64,000 bases of DNA from assembly GCA_002269645.1 (NCBI GenBank), contig NIVC01001502.1:64043-128042 (forward strand). Reading direction: 5' to 3'. The position numbers were made by a program, and so were the translations under genes. Under the pieces are notes generated by a model. The model worked only from the letters and a program-made list of their open reading frames with translations, ran no database searches and was not told the origin of the DNA. Positions 11,501-21,764 of the stretch are shown here, one piece after another. The first letter of the stretch is position 1. Each line of letters begins with the position of its first letter. This DNA is from Macrostomum lignano (Eukaryota).

Positions 11501-14500
11501 TCCAGTCCCATACCCGATTCCATCTTCAGTCCCATACCAAATCCCATATTTAGTCCCATACCCGATCCCATCTCCAGTGCCATACCCGATCCCATCTTTA
11601 GTCCCATCTCCAGTGCCATACCCGATCCCATCTTCAGTCACATACCCGATACCATCTCCAGTCCCATACCCGGTCCCACCCTCAGTCCCATCCTGAGTCC
11701 CACCCTCAGTCTCATCCTGAGTCCCACCCTCAGTCTCATCCTGAGTCCCATCCTCAGTTCCATCCTCAGTTCCATCCTCAGTCCCATCCTGAGTCCCACC
11801 CTCAGTCTCATCCTGAGTCCCACCCTCAGTCTCATCCTAAATCTCCCGTCAATTCCCAAGTTGGCAGTGATTATAACCATTCTGCTGTTCACATTCGTAG
11901 AAGTTATGCCGACAGCATATTGTTCAGTATGATGCCAACTGGAATTGATTTCATAAAATATGATTTTGTTGTTTTATATGAGCAGCTATGATTAAATTGC
12001 ATTACTGCTGTTCACATTCGTTAGCCTTAAAGATTTGAGCTATGACGACAGCAACATGCTTTGTATGAGCAAATAATAGGTTATTCAGTCCCATATCTGA
12101 TCTCATTGCAGATCCTTTCTCCATTCCCATACTATACCAGATCCCATCTTCAGACCCGATCCCAGATCCCACCTCCCAGTCCCCATACCCGATCCCAGAT
12201 CCCACCTCCCAGTCCCCATACCCGATCCCAGATCCCACCTCCCAGTCCCCATACCCGATCCTATCTCCAGTCCCATACCCGATCCCAGATCCCATCTCCC
12301 AGTCCCATACCCGATCCCAGATCCCATCTCCCAGTCCCATACCCGATCCCATCTCCAGTCCCATACCCGATCCCATCTCCAGTCCCATACCCGATCCCAT
12401 CTCCAGTCCCATACCCGATCCCATCTCCAGTCCCATACCCGATCCCATCTACAGTCCCATACCCGATCCCATCCCTAGTCTTATACCCGATCCCATCTCT
12501 AGTCCCATACCCGATCCCATTTCCAATCTTATACCCGATCCCATCTCCAGTCCCATACCCGATCCCAGATCCCATCTCCCAGTCCCATACCCGATCCCAT
12601 CTCCAGTCTTATACCCGATCCCATCTCCAGTCCCATACCCGATCCCATCTCTAGTCCCATACCCGATCCCATCTCCAGTTCCATAACCGATCCCATCCCT
12701 AGTCTTATACCCGATCCCATCTCTAGTCCCATACCCGATCCCATCTCCAGTCCCATACCCGATTCCATCTTCAGTCCCATACCAAATCCCATATTTAGTC
12801 CCATACCCGATCCCATCTCCAGTGCCATACCCGATCCCATCTTTAGTCCCATCTCCAGTGCCATACCCGATCCCATCTTCAGTCACATACCCGATACCAT
12901 CTCCAGTCCCATACCCGGTCCCACCCTCAGTCCCATCCTGAGTCCCACCCTCAGTCTCATCCTGAGTCCCACCCTCAGTCTCATCCTGAGTCCCATCCTC
13001 AGTTCCATCCTCAGTTCCATCCTCAGTCCCATCCTGAGTCCCACCCTCAGTCTCATCCTGAGTCCCACCCTCAGTCTCATCCTAAATCTCCCGTCAATTC
13101 CCAAGTTGGCAGTGATTATAACCATTCTGCTGTTCACATTCGTAGAAGTTATGCCGACAGCATATTGTTCAGTATGATGCCAACTGGAATTGATTTCATA
13201 AAATATGATTTTGTTGTTTTATATGAGCAGCTATGATTAAATTGCATTACTGCTGTTCACATTCGTTAGCCTTAAAGATTTGAGCTATGACGACAGCAAC
13301 ATGCTTTGTATGAGCAAATAATAGGTTATTCAGTCCCATATCTGATCTCATTGCAGATCCTTTCTCCATTCCCATACTATACCAGATCCCATCTTCAGAC
13401 CCGATCCCAGATCCCACCTCCCAGTCCCCATACCCGATCCCAGATCCCACCTCCCAGTCCCCATACCCGATCCCAGATCCCACCTCCCAGTCCCCATACC
13501 CGATCCTATCTCCAGTCCCATACCCGATCCCAGATCCCATCTCCCAGTCCCATACCCGATCCCAGATCCCATCTCCCAGTCCCATACCCGATCCCATCTC
13601 CAGTCCCATACCCGATCCCATCTCCAGTCCCATACCCGATCCCATCTCCAGTCCCATACCCGATCCCATCTCCAGTCCCATACCCGATCCCATCTACAGT
13701 CCCATACCCGATCCCATCCCTAGTCTTATACCCGATCCCATCTCTAGTCCCATACCCGATCCCATTTCCAATCTTATACCCGATCCCATCTCCAGTCCCA
13801 TACCCGATCCCAGATCCCATCTCCCAGTCCCATACCCGATCCCATCTCCAGTCTTATACCCGATCCCATCTCCAGTCCCATACCCGATCCCATCTCTAGT
13901 CCCATACCCGATCCCATCTCCAGTTCCATAACCGATCCCATCCCTAGTCTTATACCCGATCCCATCTCTAGTCCCATACCCGATCCCATCTCCAGTCCCA
14001 TACCCGATTCCATCTTCAGTCCCATACCAAATCCCATATTTAGTCCCATACCCGATCCCATCTCCAGTGCCATACCCGATCCCATCTTTAGTCCCATCTC
14101 CAGTGCCATACCCGATCCCATCTTCAGTCACATACCCGATACCATCTCCAGTCCCATACCCGGTCCCACCCTCAGTCCCATCCTGAGTCCCACCCTCAGT
14201 CTCATCCTGAGTCCCACCCTCAGTCTCATCCTGAGTCCCATCCTCAGTTCCATCCTCAGTTCCATCCTCAGTCCCATCCTGAGTCCCACCCTCAGTCTCA
14301 TCCTGAGTCCCACCCTCAGTCTCATCCTAAATCTCCCGTCAATTCCCAAGTTGGCAGTGATTATAACCATTCTGCTGTTCACATTCGTACAAGTTATGCC
14401 GACAGCATATTGTTCAGTATGATGCCAACTGGAATTGATTTCATAAAATATGATTTTGTTGTTTTATATGAGCAGCTATGATTAAATTGCATTACTGCTG

Positions 14501-14560
14501 TTCACATTCGTTAGCCTTAAAGATTTGAGCTATGACGACAGCAACATGCTTGGTATGAGC
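8600..14560. repeat. Higher-order tandem array in RPS3 intron 1 (units 1406, 1406, 1245, 1245 bp)
   Basis: AT-rich core recurs with anchors at 9190, 10596, 12002, 13247, 14492, separated by 24-bp and 12-bp minisatellite blocks. Confidence 0.95.
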
Positions 14561-14814
14561 ACATCTTAAGTCTCTTATCTGATACCATCTTCAGTTCAGT
14601 CCCACCCCCGATCCCAATCTCATCATTCAGTCCTTGACTACAAACATACATGTACTCGTAAATTCATAAGCCAATAATTTTAAGTTTTAGTACTAATGGC
14701 AATGATTTTAACATCTATTGTATATCTGCTGTTCACATTCGTACCAACTTATGACGACAGCTATTTAAGAAAAGTATGATGCCAAGACTAAATTAAAAGC
14801 AAACATAAGTACTA

Positions 14815-15297
14815 GATGGCGCCTGATCAATCAGTGTCAGATGGCGCTAGATCAATCAGTGTCAGATGGCGCCAGATTAATCAGCGTCAGATGGCGCTAG
14901 ATCAATCCGTATCAGATGGCGCCAGATCAATCAGTGTCAGATGGCGCCAGATCAATCAGTGTCAGATGGCGCTAGATCAATCAGTGTCAGATGGCGCCAG
15001 ATTAATCAGCGTCAGATGGCGCTAGATCAATCCGTGTCAGATGGCGCCAGATCAATCAGTGTCAGATGGCGCCAGATCAATCAGCGTCAGATGGCGCCAG
15101 ATCAATCAGTGTCAGATGGCGCCAGATCAACAATCAGCGTCAGATGGCGCCAGATCAATCAGCGTCAGATGGCGCCAGATCAAACAGCGTCAGATGGCAC
15201 CAGATCAATCAGTGTCAGATGGCGCCAGATCAACAATCAGCGTCAGATGGCGCCAGATCAACAATCAGCGTCAGATGGCGCCAGATCAATCAGCGTC
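14815..15297. repeat. 25-bp minisatellite at the 3' end of RPS3 intron 1
   Basis: Tandem GATGGCGCCAGATCAATCAGCGTCA. Confidence 0.93.
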
Positions 15298-15400
15298 ACC
15301 GATTTACCGTCGTGTTGCCCCAAACAGCATAACTAACTTACACTCTACTAGCAGAATCCAATCCTCTTTACTAAAACAAACTGCCAACCCAACCATGCAG

Positions 15401-15652
15401 GCCGAGTCCCTGCGCTACAAGCTTCTCGGCGGCCTGGCTGTCCGTCGCGCCTGCTACGGCGTGCTGCGCTTCATTATGGAGTCTGGCGCCAAAGGCGCCG
15501 AAGTCATTGTTAGCGGCAAGCTTCGCGGTCAGCGCGCCAAATCGATGAAATTCACCGAAGGCTTCATGATCCACAGCGGCGAGCCGTCTGTCCGCTTCAT
15601 TGACCGGTCTGTGCGGCACGTACAGCTCCGGCAGGGTGTACTGGGCATCCAG
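15401..15652 (+). CDS. RPS3: 40S ribosomal protein S3, exon 2
   Basis: Acceptor atgcag|GCC; [32 protein letters not shown]...GVLGIQ; donor CAG|GTGAGG, phase 0. Confidence 0.96.
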
Positions 15653-15674
15653 GTGAGGCTTATTGACTCACTGT

Positions 15675-16305
15675 ATCAGTTATGACTCCTGTATGACTCG
15701 TGTATGACTCACTGTATGACTCCTGTATGACTCCTGTATGACTCACTGTATGACTAGCTATATGATTCACTTTATGACTCACTGTATGACTAGAAATATA
15801 ATCACTGTATGACTAGCTATATAACTCACCGTATGACTCACTGTATGACTAGCTGTATTAATCACTGTATCACTAACTGTATGATCCACTGTATGTTGCG
15901 CTGTATGACTCACTGTATTATTCTATCTATGGCTCACTGATATCACTAGCTTTATGATCCACATTATGACTCACTGTATGAACCGCTGTACGAATCACTA
16001 ACTAAATGATTCACTGTATGACTAGCTATATGACTCACACTATGACTTACCGTATAACTCACTGTGTGACTAGCTGTATAAATAGCTGTATGACTCACCG
16101 TATGACTCACTGTATGACTAGCTGTATTACTCACCGTATGACTCACTGTATTACTCACCGTATGACTCACAGTATTATTCTATCTATGGCTCATTGTATG
16201 ACTAGCTGTATGACTCACAGTATTATTCTATCTATGGCTCACTGTATCACTAGCTTTATGATCCACTCTATGACTCACTGTATGAACCGCTGTACGACTC
16301 ACTAA
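15675..16305. repeat. Degenerate ~12-bp minisatellite in RPS3 intron 2
   Basis: Recurrent TGTATGACTCAC / TGTATGACTAGC. Confidence 0.9.
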
Positions 16306-16327
16306 CTCCAATTTCAATTCCTCTCAG

Positions 16328-16495
16328 GTGAAGATCATGCAGAACTGGGAGGCCCCGGCCGGAGGCGTCGCGCCCCGCAAGCCCCTGCCGGATCACGTGA
16401 CCATCGCCGATCCCAAAGAGCAGCCGGTGCCGGCCGAGCCTTATTCGGAGAATAAGCAGCAGAAGCCTCAGGCTGAGGTCATGGCCGTGGCCTAA
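16328..16495 (+). CDS. RPS3: 40S ribosomal protein S3, exon 3
   Basis: Acceptor ctctcag|GTG; VKIMQNW...RKPLPDHVTIADPKE; TAA at 16493-16495; total 244 aa. Confidence 0.94.
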   Translation: MKIMQNWEAPAGGVAPRKPLPDHVTIADPKEQPVPAEPYSENKQQKPQAEVMAVA

Positions 16496-16689
16496 ACAGC
16501 CTGTTGAAGGATTGCGTTGGAGGACCTTTCAATGAATACTATGGTTAAAATTAGTAAATTTGCTTGTCTCTGTGAGCAAAGAGACTGAGTGCAGTTGGCG
16601 ACTGAAAGTTTGTTGGCTTGGAATCTTTGTTTAATAGTTTGTCTTTGTTATTTTATCGACTAGTAGGCGTGTCCTATTTTGCTTAGTAC

Positions 16690-17655
16690 CCCATTGAGTC
16701 CCTTTGATCCCTAGCTGAGTAAATCCCTTTGAATCCCTCTGATCCCTAGCTGAGTAAATACCACTGAATCCCTTTGATCCCTAGCTGAGTAAATCCCATT
16801 GATCCCTAGCTAAGTACTCGTATATACCACTGAATCCCTTTGATCCCTAGCTGAGTAAATCCCATTGATCCCTAGCTAAGTACTCGTATATACCATTGAA
16901 TCCTTTTGATCCCTAGCTGAGTAACTCCCATTGAGTCCCCTTGATCCCTAGCTGAGTAAATCCCATTGAGTCCCCTTGATCCCTAGCTGAGTAAATCCCA
17001 TTGAGTCCCTTTGATCCCTAGCTGAGTAAATCGCATTGAATCCCTTTGATCCCTAGCTGAGTAAATCCCATTGAGTCCCTTTGATCCCTAGCTGAGTAAA
17101 TCCCATTGAGTCCCCTTGATCCCTAGCTGAGTAAATCCCATTGAGTCCCTTTGATCCCTAGCTGAGTAAATCCCTTTGAATCCCTCTGATCCCTAGCTGA
17201 GTAAATACCACTGAATCCCTTTGATCCCTAGCTGTGTAAATCCCATTGATCCCTAGCTAAGTACTCGTATATACCATTGAATCCTTTTGATCCCTAGCTG
17301 AGTAACTCCCATTGAGTCCCCTTGATCCCTAGCTGAGTAAATCCCATTGAGTCCCCTTGATCCCTAGCTGAGTAAATCCCATTGAGTCCCTTTGATCCCT
17401 AGCTGAGTAAATCGCATTGAATCCCTTTGATCCCTAGCTGAGTAAATCCCATTGAGTCCCTTTGATCCCTAGCTGAGTAAATCCCATTGAGTCCCCTTGA
17501 TCCCTAGCTGAGTAAATCCCATTGAGTCCCTTTGATCCCTAGCTGAGTAAATCGCTTTGAATCCCTTTGATCCCTAGCTGAGTAAATCGCATTGAATCCC
17601 TTTGATCCCTAGCTGAGTAAATCCCTTTGAGTCCCTTTGATCCCTAGCTGAATAA
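16690..17655. repeat. 35-bp minisatellite between RPS3 and the nucleoporin exon
   Basis: Tandem TTTGATCCCTAGCTGAGTAAATCCCATTGAGTCCC. Confidence 0.94.
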
Positions 17656-17723
17656 CTCTCTTTAAGTCACTATGCCCCTAGCTGAGCACAATCATAAATC
17701 ATAAGCAAATTTCCATATTCCAG

Positions 17724-20700
17724 TTGCGTCCGAGAGCCTCCGGCTACTACAGCTTCTCGAAGCGGTCCGCCGCCGCTGCCGATGCCGCCGCCGCGGCGAC
17801 GACCAAATCACCGGCGAGCATCTCAGTCGGCCTGCTGCCCTCTTCGACTGCAGCCAGCCGGCCAACTTCGTCGGTGCTCACCAGCCGCCAGTTGGCGTCA
17901 ACAGAGCTATCAGTGTCGGCAAAGAAGTCGCCGTTTCAACGTGGACCGCCCAGTAGGTGCACCATGCCGCTGCCGCCGAGGCCGCATCAGCAGCAGCAGC
18001 AGCAGCCAGTGCTTCGAGACGAGGACGAGCAAACCAGCGTGCTGCGCGCCCTGCGCATCATCGAGACCAGGAAACGGCGCTCCCTGGCGCCGCCCAGCAT
18101 CAACAACGACGATGCAGAAGGCGGCGGGGAAGCAGCCGACATCGCCGAGGACGTCAATCCGGACGTGGAGAATCGGGCCGACTTTGAAGACGCGTCGGCG
18201 ACTTCTTTTTCGACAAAGAAAAAGCGGCGACGTGTCAGCATCGCCGCTGCGACACCCGCTGCCGCCGCAGCAGCCGCCGCTGCTCTTGACGACATCCTAG
18301 GTGATTCGTCTAGTGGCGGCGCCGCCGCGGCAGCCGGACCAACGTCGGAATCTGGCGGCGGATTAGACGGTGGCAAATTCAAAGCGACGTCGCTGCGCGA
18401 AGTGCTCGGCGGCGGGCCAATTCGGCTTCCGGTGGCGCCTAGGCGGATTTTGCCGCCGCCGCTTCCGGTGACGGAGCCGGCGCAGTCGGAGCAGCGAGAT
18501 ACTTCCGGACCTGCTGCCGCGCCGCTTCAACTAGCGGCAGTTCCGCCCAGTACCGAACCAACTGCGACAGTCAACGTCGATGAAGCGATCAATGTCGGTT
18601 TGGTTTCGCCTTCGCCGTCAATTGCGTCGACTTCGATATTGTCGGCATCGGCGCGTCGCAGGCACCACCAGCAGCAGTCGTCAGCTCGGGCCACCGTCTC
18701 CGCTCTGGTCGCCAACCTGGAGCGCTCCGGCAGGCGTCGGGATGATGCCGCCGTATCGGCCAGCGATACCGTCGGCGAGGAATTGTCGTCGACGATGCCG
18801 AGCGGCGCCTCACCGATAGACCGACTGGCCGCCGCTCGGCAAGCTCGCGAACGCGACCGTCAGGCCAGAGCCAGTCGTCGGGAAAGAATTTGTCGCCTGC
18901 TTGCGGGAGAATCTGCAGCTGCGGCGAATAATTCGTTGAATAGCAGTCCTAGCACGCCCGCTGCCGCCGCTGCACCTGTGCTGAACCTTGCCGCTTCGGC
19001 AACGCCTTTGGCAGAATTTCGTAAGCCGCATTCTAACACTTCGTCTCTCAACGCTCCCGTGCTGGGGACCGCTTCTTCTGAAACTCCAACTACTGCTAGT
19101 AATATAACAGCTACCAACACTTCATCCGCAGCTGTTAGCTTTGGCCAAACAGTTTCCCAGACCCTGTCTGCAGCCTCCGTGTCAGTTACAGCAGCCTCGA
19201 ACACGTCAACTGTAACGGTTTCTAACACTCAGTCTTCCACTGTAACATTTGGTCAGGCAGCTTCCAACAATCCGTCTGCCGCTGTAACATTTCGTCAGGC
19301 AGCTTCCAACACTCCGTCTGCCGCTGTAACATTTGGTCAGGCAGCTTCCAACACTCCGTCTGCCGCTGTAACATTTGGTCAGGCAGCTTCCAACACTCCG
19401 TCTGCCGCTGTAACATTTGGTCAGGCAGCTTCTAACACTCCGTCTGCCGCTGTAACATTTGGTCAGGCAGCTTCCAACACTCCGTCTGCCGCTGTAACAT
19501 TTGGTCAGGCAGCTTCCAACACTCAGTCTGCTGCTGTAACATTTGGTCAGGCAGCTTCCAACACTCCGTCTGCCGCTGTAACATTTGGTCAGGCAGCTTC
19601 CAACACTCAGTCTGCTGCTGTAACATTTGGTCAGGCAGCTTTCAACACTCCGTCTGCTGCTGTAAAATTTGGTCAGGCAGCTTCCAACACTCCGTCTGCC
19701 GCTGTAACATTTGGTCAGGCAGCTTCCAGCACTGCGTCTACTGCTGCATCTGTAGCTCCAGTGATTAGTCAACCAGCTTTAGGCTCAACTACTGCATCAG
19801 GTTTAAACCTGGCTGCTTCAAACTCTTCTTTTAATAATAATGCTTCTGCAAGTTTTACAACTACAAGCTTTGGTCAAACTTCTACTACTGCTCCTGTGTT
19901 CAGCCAATCAGCTTTGAACACGTCGTCTGCTGCTCCAGCTTTCGGCCAATCAGCTTCTAATACGTCATCTGCTGCTCCGGTTTTTGGCCAATCAGCTTCT
20001 AATACGTCATCTGCTGCTCCAGTTTTTGACCAATCAGCTTCTAACACGTCATCTGTTGCTCCAGTCTTCGGCGAATCAGGTTCTAATAGGTCATCTGCTG
20101 CTCCAGTTTTTGGCCAATCAGCTTCTAACACGTCATCTGTTGCTCCAGTCTTCGGCGAATCAGGTTCTAATAGGTCATCTGCTGCTCCAGTCTTTGGCCA
20201 ATCAAATTGTAATACGTCATCAGCTGGTCCAGTCTTTAGCCAATCAGCTTCTAGTAAGCCAACGGCTGGTCCAATCTTTGGCCAATCAGCTTCCAACACG
20301 TCATCAGCTGGTCCAGTCTTTGGCCAATCAGCTTCTAGTAAGCCAACAGCTGGTCCAATCTTTGGCCAATCAGCTTCCAACACGTCATCAGCTGGTCCAA
20401 TCTTTGGCCAATCAGCTTCTAGTAAGTTAACGACTGGTCCAATCTTTGGCCAATCAGCTTCCAACGCGTCATCAGCTGGTCCAGTGTTTGGGCAATCAGC
20501 TTCAAATGCGTCATCTGCCACTCCGATCTTTGGCCAATCAGCTGCTAACACGTCATCAAATGGTCCAATCTTTGGCCAATCGGCTTCCAACACGTCATCA
20601 GCTGGTCCGGTGTTTGGCCAATCAGCTTCAAATGCGTCATCTGCCGCTACAATTTTCGGCCAGTCGGGTTCAAATGTGTCATCTGCCAGTTCAGGATTCG

Positions 20701-21650
20701 TATTTAGTAAAAGTGCTTCTTCCACAAGTTCCGTATTTGGCCAACCTGCTGCCACTACAGCTTCCACGGCTTCCGCATTTGGTCACTCTGCTTCTAAATC
20801 TTCATCATCCGGTGCATTCACCTTTGGTAAAGCATCTTCGGTTGCATCATCGAGCTCTTCCGTTTTCGGACAGACAGTTGCCACTACCGCATCTGCCAAT
20901 AATTTGTTTGGTCATGCTGCCTCCACTATCAGTAAGTCTTCAGGAACTTCGCTTTTTGGTCAATCAGCTTCTAACGCGTCATCCGCTGCTCCAGTCTTCG
21001 GCCAATCAGCTTCGAACACGTCATCCACTGCTCCAGTCTTCGGCCAATCAGCTTCGAACACGTCATCCGCTGCTCCAGTCTTCCGCCAATCAGCTTCGAA
21101 CACTTCATCCGCTGCTGGGGTCTTCGGCCAATCAGCTTCGAGCAACTCATCCACTGGTCCACTTTTCGGCCAATCAGTTTCGAACACGTCATCAGCCGGT
21201 ACCCTATTCGGCCAATCAGCGAGCAGCAACCAGTCCACCGTGGCAAAACCGGCTGCCGCCGCTTCTCCCAATCCGTTCAGTTTCGGCAAATCAGCCTCAA
21301 ATCCCAGCTTTAGTTTTGGCGCTAATAATTCCGGCGCTGCAAATGCCGCGCCAAATGCGCCACCATCTTCAACCAGCGCCGGCTTTACGTTTGGCCAGTC
21401 GGCAGCTGCCGCTGGATCGACTTCTTCAACTGGCGGCTCTTTGTTCAGCTTCGGACAGCAGCCGCCGCAACAACAGCAGAATCAGCAGCAGCAGTCATCC
21501 AGTGGTTCCGGCTTCAATTTCTCTCTTGGCGCGGCCGTCGCTGGAGCTGCGCCGCAAGCGCCGGCGCCAAATTTCAACTTCTCTGCGGCTGGTGGTGGCG
21601 CTGGCGAAGCGACTCGACGGGCGCCGATTAAACCGCGCCGAAGGCGGTGA
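17724..21650 (+). CDS. FG-repeat nucleoporin (POM121/Nup153-like): low-complexity N-terminal half, 14-aa FG repeats, basic C-terminal tail
   Basis: 1308-codon ORF opening directly after the acceptor ttccatattccag (AG at 17722-17723); dozens of FG motifs (TFGQ, VFGQ, FSFG, FTFG); ends RRAPIKPRRRR; first ATG only at 17961; no RanBP2-type zinc fingers. Confidence 0.85.
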   Translation: MRPRASGYYSFSKRSAAAADAAAAATTKSPASISVGLLPSSTAASRPTSSVLTSRQLASTELSVSAKKSPFQRGPPSRCTMPLPPRPHQQQQQQPVLRDEDEQTSVLRALRIIETRKRRSLAPPSINNDDAEGGGEAADIAEDVNPDVENRADFEDASATSFSTKKKRRRVSIAAATPAAAAAAAAALDDILGDSSSGGAAAAAGPTSESGGGLDGGKFKATSLREVLGGGPIRLPVAPRRILPPPLPVTEPAQSEQRDTSGPAAAPLQLAAVPPSTEPTATVNVDEAINVGLVSPSPSIASTSILSASARRRHHQQQSSARATVSALVANLERSGRRRDDAAVSASDTVGEELSSTMPSGASPIDRLAAARQARERDRQARASRRERICRLLAGESAAAANNSLNSSPSTPAAAAAPVLNLAASATPLAEFRKPHSNTSSLNAPVLGTASSETPTTASNITATNTSSAAVSFGQTVSQTLSAASVSVTAASNTSTVTVSNTQSSTVTFGQAASNNPSAAVTFRQAASNTPSAAVTFGQAASNTPSAAVTFGQAASNTPSAAVTFGQAASNTPSAAVTFGQAASNTPSAAVTFGQAASNTQSAAVTFGQAASNTPSAAVTFGQAASNTQSAAVTFGQAAFNTPSAAVKFGQAASNTPSAAVTFGQAASSTASTAASVAPVISQPALGSTTASGLNLAASNSSFNNNASASFTTTSFGQTSTTAPVFSQSALNTSSAAPAFGQSASNTSSAAPVFGQSASNTSSAAPVFDQSASNTSSVAPVFGESGSNRSSAAPVFGQSASNTSSVAPVFGESGSNRSSAAPVFGQSNCNTSSAGPVFSQSASSKPTAGPIFGQSASNTSSAGPVFGQSASSKPTAGPIFGQSASNTSSAGPIFGQSASSKLTTGPIFGQSASNASSAGPVFGQSASNASSATPIFGQSAANTSSNGPIFGQSASNTSSAGPVFGQSASNASSAATIFGQSGSNVSSASSGFVFSKSASSTSSVFGQPAATTASTASAFGHSASKSSSSGAFTFGKASSVASSSSSVFGQTVATTASANNLFGHAASTISKSSGTSLFGQSASNASSAAPVFGQSASNTSSTAPVFGQSASNTSSAAPVFRQSASNTSSAAGVFGQSASSNSSTGPLFGQSVSNTSSAGTLFGQSASSNQSTVAKPAAAASPNPFSFGKSASNPSFSFGANNSGAANAAPNAPPSSTSAGFTFGQSAAAAGSTSSTGGSLFSFGQQPPQQQQNQQQQSSSGSGFNFSLGAAVAGAAPQAPAPNFNFSAAGGGAGEATRRAPIKPRRRR

Positions 21651-21764
21651 AAAGTAAACGTGAATACCTTTTATGATCGTGTTCACTCACTTCGACTGAC
21701 TTTTGAGGCTGAAATTTTGTCTAATCATAGACTACTCTAATTATCTCTAATAGGTTGATCTCCC

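Noticed and set aside
3066-14382. Many repetitive ORFs ([31 protein letters not shown])
   Set aside because: They are translations of 12- and 24-bp minisatellites inside GT-AG introns of SIAH and RPS3, open in several frames on both strands, with no splice context.
9030-14560. CRISPR-like alternation of a conserved block and intervening sequence
   Set aside because: Eukaryotic intron; blocks are ~300 bp, intervening segments are near-identical satellites rather than unique spacers, and there are no cas genes.
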